DNA from: a virus | Taxonomy: Duplodnaviria > Heunggongvirae > Uroviricota > Caudoviricetes | IMG/VR virus record: IMGVR_UViG_2879770953_000006 | Direction: 5' to 3' (one strand) | DNA length: 18,423 nt | Shown here: piece by piece, positions 16,057-18,423 of the stretch | How positions within the stretch are numbered: position 1 is the first letter of the stretch | Layout of the letters: the number at the start of each line of letters is the position of its first letter | Program-made: the position numbers and the translations under genes | Notes under the pieces: generated by a model | Databases searched by the model: none | What the model saw: only the letters and a program-made list of their open reading frames with translations | What the model was told of the DNA's origin: nothing

Positions 16057-16307
16057 TTATTCTTCTGAAAAAGCAGAAAAGCCAGCTTTTATTCCGGTCT
16101 CTTTCAATGCCTGTAATGAAGTGACAAACTCACCGTCGCGCAAGATAAATCCGTCCGTCACTCGGGCATCCACAAAATTAATTAACGCAGCCCCATTTTT
16201 TGCAAACACACAATGCGGTAATGACTAACAATATTTCCATTTTCAACGCACACAGCATAGAGGCCATCTTCACAAAAAATTTTACGCAGTTCTTCGATGT
16301 TCATCAT
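16057..16307 (-). pseudogene. 83-codon small ORF (rem-like by size and synteny) interrupted by a -1 frame break in an A6 tract
   Basis: ATGATG start at 16307 with SD GGAAGGA. Reading MMNIEELRKIFCEDGLYAVCVENGNIVSHYRIVCLQK stops after 41 codons. The -1 frame continues NGAALINFVDARVTDGFILRDGEFVTSLQALKETGIKAGFSAFSEE to the stop at 16057. One extra A in the tract (T6 at 16196-16201 on plus) restores a single 83-codon ORF. Confidence 0.5.
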
Positions 16308-16435
16308 CAGAATCCTTCCAGATAAGTAGCACTCCCCTGTTCGGGGTCCATCCCTTTTATCCCTGCGCGCTACTTAAGTATTTTTGATTCTATTCCGGCA
16401 CCATCCAGAACTTCAAATGCGTTGAAAATAAAAAC

Positions 16436-16456
16436 AAAAACCCGCCGAAGCGGGTT
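16436..16456 (-). terminator. Rho-independent terminator at 3' end of relBE-hokD transcript
   Basis: Same CCCGC-TTCG-GCGGG hairpin plus T-run as at 3100-3122. Confidence 0.7.
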
Positions 16457-16524
16457 AAGTGCGGGTGCGTTGAGGATGCCTGCCACATCAGAGGTGGCGA
16501 GGGATTTCTCACTCGCCGGGTCTC

Positions 16525-16680
16525 TTACTCCTCAGGTTCGTAAGCTGTGAAGACAGCGACCTCCGTCTGGCCGGTTCGGATTCGTACCTCGCAGAGGTCT
16601 TTCCTCGTTACCAGTGCCGTCACTATGACGGTTAAACAGATGACGATCAGGGCGATTAACATCGCCTTTTGCTGCTTCAT
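16525..16680 (-). CDS. hokD: HokD (RelF) type I toxin, 51 aa
   Basis: Identical CDS to 3189-3344, SD AGGAGAAG, located 71 nt downstream of relE as in the relBEF operon. Under 60 aa, so absent from the ORF track. Confidence 0.9.
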   Translation of the reverse strand: MKQQKAMLIALIVICLTVIVTALVTRKDLCEVRIRTGQTEVAVFTAYEPEE

Positions 16681-16751
16681 AGCCTGCTTCTCCTGTCAAC
16701 GCAAAGCAGAAGTGTCACCTTCGGTGCGAAACAGAGATGTCATGCTTTGGT

Positions 16752-17039
16752 TCAGAGAATGCGTTTGACCGCCTCGCTATATACTTCCGAGCGTTCTCTT
16801 TTCCCAACAGAAATCACGAAAACGACAACTTTCTCGTCTATAACCTGGTATACAAGGCGATAGCCTGAAGACCGGAGCTTAATCTTGTAACAATCAGGCA
16901 TACCACGGAGCTTGTTTGCTTCAATCCGGGGTGACTCAAGTACTTCAACCAGCTTCTTTTTCAACTGTTCACGTACCGTCGAGCCCAGCTTTCGCCATTC
17001 CTTTAGTGCCCGCTCGTCAAAATCCAGAAAATACGCCAT
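16752..17039 (-). CDS. relE: RelE mRNA interferase toxin (95 aa)
   Basis: Translation MAYFLDFDERALKEWRKLGSTVREQLKKKLVEVLESPRIEANKLRGMPDCYKIKLRSSGYRLVYQVIDEKVVVFVISVGKRERSEVYSEAVKRIL is essentially identical to E. coli RelE as I recall it. Confidence 0.95.
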   Translation of the reverse strand: MAYFLDFDERALKEWRKLGSTVREQLKKKLVEVLESPRIEANKLRGMPDCYKIKLRSSGYRLVYQVIDEKVVVFVISVGKRERSEVYSEAVKRIL

Positions 17040-17278
17040 CAGAGTTCATCCAGCGTCACACGTACTGGCTTAGGATTACGAAGCCGTTCTTTCACTATCT
17101 CCACAAGTTCAGCATCTTCATCACTCAGGAGTGTCTGTTTGAACGGCAAGCGTTCATTGTCAGCGATATACTCGAGCATGAGACGAAGCGCTTCAGAAGG
17201 AGTTACACCCATTTTTTCAAGCGCGGCGTAAGAACGCGCTTTAAGTTCATCGTCAATACGCAGGTTAATGCTACCCAT
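17039..17278 (-). CDS. relB: RelB antitoxin (79 aa)
   Basis: Translation MGSINLRIDDELKARSYAALEKMGVTPSEALRLMLEYIADNERLPFKQTLLSDEDAELVEIVKERLRNPKPVRVTLDEL; ATGA overlap with relE. Confidence 0.95.
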   Translation of the reverse strand: MGSINLRIDDELKARSYAALEKMGVTPSEALRLMLEYIADNERLPFKQTLLSDEDAELVEIVKERLRNPKPVRVTLDEL

Positions 17279-17282
17279 GTCT

Positions 17283-17345
17283 TACACCTCTTGTAATTAC
17301 AAATGTCATTACAAGTATCGCACTACAACATGCTTAGGGCAAGTC
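17283..17345 (-). promoter_or_regulatory. relBE promoter and relO operator
   Basis: Minus strand reads ...TTGCCCTAAGCATGTTGTAGTGCGATACTTGTAATGACATTTGTAATTACAAGAGGTGTAAGAC-ATG; the TTGTAAT/ATTACAA hexad repeats are the RelB-RelE operator. Confidence 0.7.
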
Positions 17346-17561
17346 ACGAAGGAAGTCAGAAAGTAGTCGTAAGAACGGTGATCACTGTCCGCTTTGTGCC
17401 AGGAGCAGCCATTGCTAAGTCCATCCTGTATTGTGCAGGTCAGCTCTTTTTTAAAGAGTCCGGCCATCATCTTACTGGTACAGACACCATATACTTTGTG
17501 ACGGTCAGGCTACATATGCACAACTCAACTTATTCATCTATTTTTTGCTTTAGCATGTCAG

Positions 17562-18423
17562 TGAGGTGTACTGGCAATAGCGGACACTACCATTTGTTCT
17601 TTTTTTAAGCAGCCATCTGATGATATTTTTCCCTGAAGGCTGCCGGGGAGATATTCCCCAGACGAGAGTGACGACGCTGACGATTGTAGAAAATCTCAAT
17701 GTATTCCCGTATTACTGAGATGGCTTCATCCCGGTTATTAAAACGATAGTGGCTCAGGCTCTCATTTTTCAGCGTTCCCCAGAAGCTTTCCATCGGAGCG
17801 TTGTCGTAACAGTTACCTTTACGCGACATTGATGTTTTCAGACCAAACTGCTCCTGTATGACCCGGTAATCGTATGCGCAGTACTGTGAACCTCGATCAG
17901 AGTGGTGGATTAGCCCGGCAGGTGGGCGCTGGCTCCTGAGCGCCATAAACAGGGCTTTACCTGTCAGCTCTTTTGCCATACGCTCTCCCATGGCGTAGCC
18001 GACAATTTCGCACGTATAAACATCTTTGATGCCAGCGAGGTACAACCATCCCTCCTGTGTGGCAACATACGTCAGGTCCGCCACCCAGACCTGATTTGGT
18101 GCTGTAGGAGCGAACGTCTGGTTCAGCAGATTTGGCGCAACTGGCAGATTGTGGTTCGGGTTCGTAGTCGCTCTGAACTTGCGTTTCTGCTTACAGCGTA
18201 GCCTCTGCTCCTTACGAAGACGTGCCAGTCGGTCACGACCAACGATGATGCCATTCTCTGCCAGCTCCGTCTGGAGCCGCCGGGTTCCATATGTTTCGCG
18301 AGTGCGGATATGTGCCACCTTAATCTCCAGTTTTAGCCGCTCATCACTTTGTTTTCTGTCTGAGGGTTCATGCTGTACCCAGTTGTAATAACCGCTCCTG
18401 GATACACCAAATACCTGACACAT
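17562..18423 (-). mobile_element. IS600-like element, second copy, inverted; partial (runs off the window)
   Basis: rc of 17562-17604 matches the right end of copy 1 (…GTACACCTCA). OrfB is complete; OrfA and the left end lie beyond the window. Confidence 0.85.
17605..18423 (-). CDS. IS600-like OrfB transposase (272 aa)
   Basis: Differs from copy-1 OrfB at 2 residues (L/Q in RLRKE(L/Q)RLR and T/A in GERM(T/A)KE). Confidence 0.9.
   Translation of the reverse strand: MCQVFGVSRSGYYNWVQHEPSDRKQSDERLKLEIKVAHIRTRETYGTRRLQTELAENGIIVGRDRLARLRKEQRLRCKQKRKFRATTNPNHNLPVAPNLLNQTFAPTAPNQVWVADLTYVATQEGWLYLAGIKDVYTCEIVGYAMGERMAKELTGKALFMALRSQRPPAGLIHHSDRGSQYCAYDYRVIQEQFGLKTSMSRKGNCYDNAPMESFWGTLKNESLSHYRFNNRDEAISVIREYIEIFYNRQRRHSRLGNISPAAFREKYHQMAA

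Noticed and set aside
17303-17608. Plus-strand ORF 17303..17608 (101 aa) and a 59-aa minus-strand ORF ending at the relO operator
   Set aside because: They overlap the relBE promoter/operator and the IS600 end with no SD; probably non-coding remnant of the gene that originally preceded relB.
1-18423. CRISPR arrays or other long tandem repeats
   Set aside because: No regularly spaced direct repeats of CRISPR size were seen. The only long repeats are the two hok regions and the two IS600-like copies.

Overview
This 18.4-kb window reads as a mosaic of two degenerate lambdoid prophage segments, with every phage gene on the minus strand, cut by four IS insertions (IS1, IS2 and two inverted IS600-like copies). 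All family names are from reading the translations and from memory; no database search was run. Segment A (1-9631) carries a lambda-O-like replication initiator split by IS2, a DnaC-like helicase loader, an accessory block (winged-helix protein, Zn-ribbon protein, AT-rich small membrane protein coupled to an HNH nuclease, two acidic hypotheticals, a 27-aa hydrophobic peptide), a hok/mok-type toxin locus, an IS1 insertion, nin-region genes and an 82-type Q with a late promoter and terminator. Segment B (10896-17561) carries relB-relE-hokD with its operator, a frameshifted 83-codon ORF, a YdfU-like protein, RusA, a lambda-type Q with a PR'/tR' module very similar to lambda's, tRNA-Ile2(CAU) and tRNA-Arg(UCU), an AT-rich cargo region where Stx phages carry stx, and an S21-type pinholin truncated by IS600. 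The most interesting points are the uncharacterised cargo ORFs downstream of the Q-tRNA module, the second hok copy with an in-frame Mok-like extension, the membrane-protein/HNH pair, and the IS2 insertion that splits both the initiator gene and its putative iteron origin. The IS content and the relBE-hokD context suggest a Shigella or E. coli chromosome, but that is inference only.
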